A DNA stretch of 64,000 nt from assembly GCA_965645245.1 (NCBI GenBank), contig OZ287073.1, positions 2,480,001-2,544,000 of the forward strand, written 5' to 3'. The position numbers and the translations under genes were made by a program. The stretch comes from Massalongia carnosa (taxonomy: Eukaryota). The notes under the pieces are model-generated. The model saw only the letters and a program-made list of their open reading frames with translations, was not told the DNA's origin and did not search any database. Positions 61,101-64,000 of this stretch are shown here, one piece after another (within the stretch, counting starts at the first letter, position 1; the number at the start of each line of letters is the position of its first letter).

Positions 61101-61588
61101 GTTCCCTCTCCAAAAGCTCCTTCCCTTTATAGCCTCAGTTAAAAAAACATCCGCGCTAGCCAGCTACCATCCACATCGTCTGCAACAACAACACGAGGGT
61201 CACGGGGTGTGGTAGCCAAAAAATCGAAGGCTCAGTTGGAGTTGGAGTCTCAGCAGAGGGCCGACCAAGCGGCCAAACAAGCAAGGGCTGAGGAGAGGAA
61301 AAACGCAGCTGCAAGAAAGGTTGCAAAGACTATGAAGCCTAGAAAGGATAATGTTTCGCAATTGAGTGATGCATTTTCAGAATTGAGATCATCGCAATGA
61401 GTGGTAGGAGTAGTAGTAGATGAGGATTTTTCAGAATGCGGGGCTAAGCTAAATCAGCTAGAGGAAGCTTGCGGAGAGACGGTGGACGTGCACATATTTA
61501 GTATGGGGAGGTGGCTTGTAGCTAGTCCTAATTTGCAATGATTTTCGCTGGGGGGACGGTGGGGGGGGGACTGTCCCGAGTCTTCTCG
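58185..61588 (+). mobile_element. Mutator/MULE DNA transposon, near intact
   Basis: ~93-bp TIRs (CGAGAAGACTCGGGACAGTCCCCCCCCCACC...); 9-bp TSD GTGTTCCTA at 58176-58184 and 61589-61597. Confidence 0.95.
58409..61400 (+). CDS. MULE transposase (FAR1-like N-terminus, DDE, SWIM-like), frameshifted
   Basis: YAFTQGFALV..C, TDATFNTN, ILGDF, LQLCSWH, TQRVEG, C..PPRYGLPCRC. Introns ~59676-59729 and ~60836-60907. An extra T in the run at ~59153-59158, and a probable second lesion at ~61140. Confidence 0.8.
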
Positions 61589-62340
61589 GTGTTCCTACAT
61601 ACCAGTGAGCGAAGTTTCCCTCGCCGCCAGCTCGCCTTCGCTGGCTGTTGCTTAGATATGCTGAAGGGGAATTGCTCTTTGTGCTCTGCTCTTTGGCCTG
61701 TGGGGCTGGTCTAGCACCTCCTTGAGTAGAGCGAGGATCGTGAGGCCGGAGTTAGTTCTACGGGGACGATTTTTACTCGTGTTTCGCGAGTTCGACGATG
61801 AAGGAATCGGCCATACCAGTATCACGGGCCACACCTGTTATGCCAGCATGGAGGCCATCTTGGTGGCCATGCCATACCCCCAAAAACAAACGACTAAAAA
61901 CGGCAGGCAACAATCAACTCGGATCTAGGATCTTCACTAGATAAATTGGGCCTGTGGGCTTAGCCTACTACACCCGTTTGCAAAATGGTGTGCCGAACTT
62001 TGAACCCCGAAACTGCGCGGTAAAAAAAAATATTAAGCGACAGAATTGGACCACACAGCAGAATTTGGTGCAGTAGCTAATGGCCCTCCTCCCTTTCACA
62101 CTATTGTAATTGAAGCTCTGCTGGCATAGTAAAAAGCTCACTTTTGAAACGATTGATCTTTCTATCTACCTATCTAAGGACCGTGTTTATATAGATAGAA
62201 AAACATGCCGAAAACCGTTCTCCCTATGACTCACCTTCCTGCTTCCTAGAAATCTAAGATTGGTGATTGACTCATATCCAATTTATGACTCGATGGGAAT
62301 GTTCATAGAAGTTTTTGCGGTGCTTCTCGAGGTCGTTATG

Positions 62341-64000
62341 TGTTGCCTAATGTTCTTACCAACGCACTAATCCCAATGCGGTACTATGTGACTCTGAACA
62401 CTTTACTAGGCATCAGCCGGGTGACTTTGCACATTACAACACTCCCACTGCAAAGTTGCCAGGTGAGTAATAATATCCTAAACGCCGGTTTCCAATCTGA
62501 TTTTGTGTGGCCTATGTGGTCAATTTAGGTGGCCTTATGATGAAGCGTCCTCCATCTTCCTATGCCTCTCTTAGGCCTAATTTCTCGCGCAACTTTCGAA
62601 AGATAGGTGCCGCCAGTGGTTAAGTGAAGATATCTGCCACCATATCGTGAGTGGATACGTGCTGTATAGTGGCATAGTTGTCTTCAACGACCTCCCGAAG
62701 ATAATGAAGCTGAATATCCATATGTTTGGACCGACTATGGTGCTCAGGGTTTTTTATCAAATCGAGCGTACCCTGGTTGTCGCCATTTAGGATAATTGGT
62801 AGGTTCATATCTTTGGAGAGTTCAACTCTCCGAACCATCTAGTTGCCCACACTATATCTTTTGAAGCCTGGCACATGGAAGAATACTCTGCTTCCATGGT
62901 GGATGTGACGACTGACCGTTGCCTCTTACTGGCCCATATAACTGCCCCGTTTCCTAGCATCAGAACGTGGCCATATGATGATTTTCTATCATGGTTATCA
63001 CCATACGCTGCATCAGCATAACTAGTGGGTCCGGTGTCATTGGGTTCGTAGGTAAGTGCCAAATTCGTGGTCCCATTCAGATATTTCATGAGATGGTCTA
63101 CCGCGTTTCGGTGCCTAATTGCTGGATCGTGCGTATATTGACTAAGCTTTCCAACTGCTTGGGCAATGTCTGGTCGCGTGTTGATCATCAAAAACATCAA
63201 ACTCCCTATCCGTTCTTGATATTCTAATTGGTTTGTCCTAGGTTCGTTGACGATGGCAGGACTGCATGCATCATAGTTGATCATAGGGGTAAGGACTGAA
63301 TTTGCTTTATCCATCTTATATTTCTGCAGGAAGCTGCGAATGTAAGATGATTGGTCAATCATTATTTTGTCTTTCTCGCGACGTATGCGAATCCCTAAGA
63401 TGAACTTTGCTGGCCCTAAGTCTTTCATATTATATTCCTTTATTAGTAGACTTTTGAGCTCCTTTATGGCTGTCATGCTTTTGGAAAATATCAGAAAATC
63501 ATCAACATAAAGGCTAATGATAACGTGGGTAGTGTGATTAACGAACACACAATTGTCTCCTGAGAGCGCTTTGAAACCAATGGATGTTAGATAATTGGTT
63601 ATCTTTTTATTCCATCCTCGGCCAGATTGTTTGAGACCATAGAGTCCTTTCAGAACGCGCAACACATGGTTCGTCAGATGTGGGGGAAGCACCAAGCCTT
63701 GGGGAGGCTCCATATAGATTTCGTCATCTAGGGAGCTTTGCAAGTATGCGTTTGGTGCGTCCATTTGCTCAATATGGAAGTTATATTTACATGCGAAATA
63801 TAGGAGCATTCGTAAGGATTCATACCTTAGGGTGGGTGAAAACGTGTCCCCATAGTCTGTCCCGGGGATTTGTTTGAAGCCCCTTGCTACTAATCGTGCT
63901 TTATAGCGGTCAACATGGTTAGTAGGGGTGTATTTCACTTTGAAGACCCATCTAGCGGTGATGATGTTCTTATCTGCTGGTCTTTCAACATATTTCCATG
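62341..64000 (-). mobile_element. Second Ty1/copia element (RT-RNase H and putative 3' LTR; runs off the right edge)
   Basis: YKARLVARGFKQ, LYGLKQSGR, LYVDD, NTRPDI, YADAAY, STMEAEY, GDNQG, RSKHMDI, ADIFT*PL. Purine tract AGTGGGAG, then a candidate 101-bp LTR TGTTG...CAACA at 62341-62441. Confidence 0.93.

Overview
Eukaryotic (filamentous ascomycete-type) nuclear DNA: short GT-AG introns, fungal NLR architectures and fungal transposon families. The window is a transposon-dense accessory region with no recognisable housekeeping gene. It holds two fungal NLR-like immune receptor genes whose sensor repeats are nearly identical at the DNA level but vary at a few fixed codons: a NACHT-ankyrin gene at 5.9-11.1 kb and a patatin-NB-ARC-TPR gene at 28.8-34.4 kb. 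A degraded DUF3435 tyrosine recombinase (Starship 'captain'-like) lies directly beside the patatin NLR. An apparently intact 6,025-bp TIR element with a 10-bp (or 8-bp) TSD encodes a DUF6589-type putative transposase and a convergent RecQ-like helicase (AcademH-like). Also present are a near-intact MULE; degraded copia (x2), Fot1/pogo (x2), Tc1, Crypton and Helitron elements; five solo-LTR-like inserts; a DUF7924-like gene; and several pseudogenes, including a kinase apparently split by a ~1-kb inversion. Family names come from motif recognition by eye, not from database searches.
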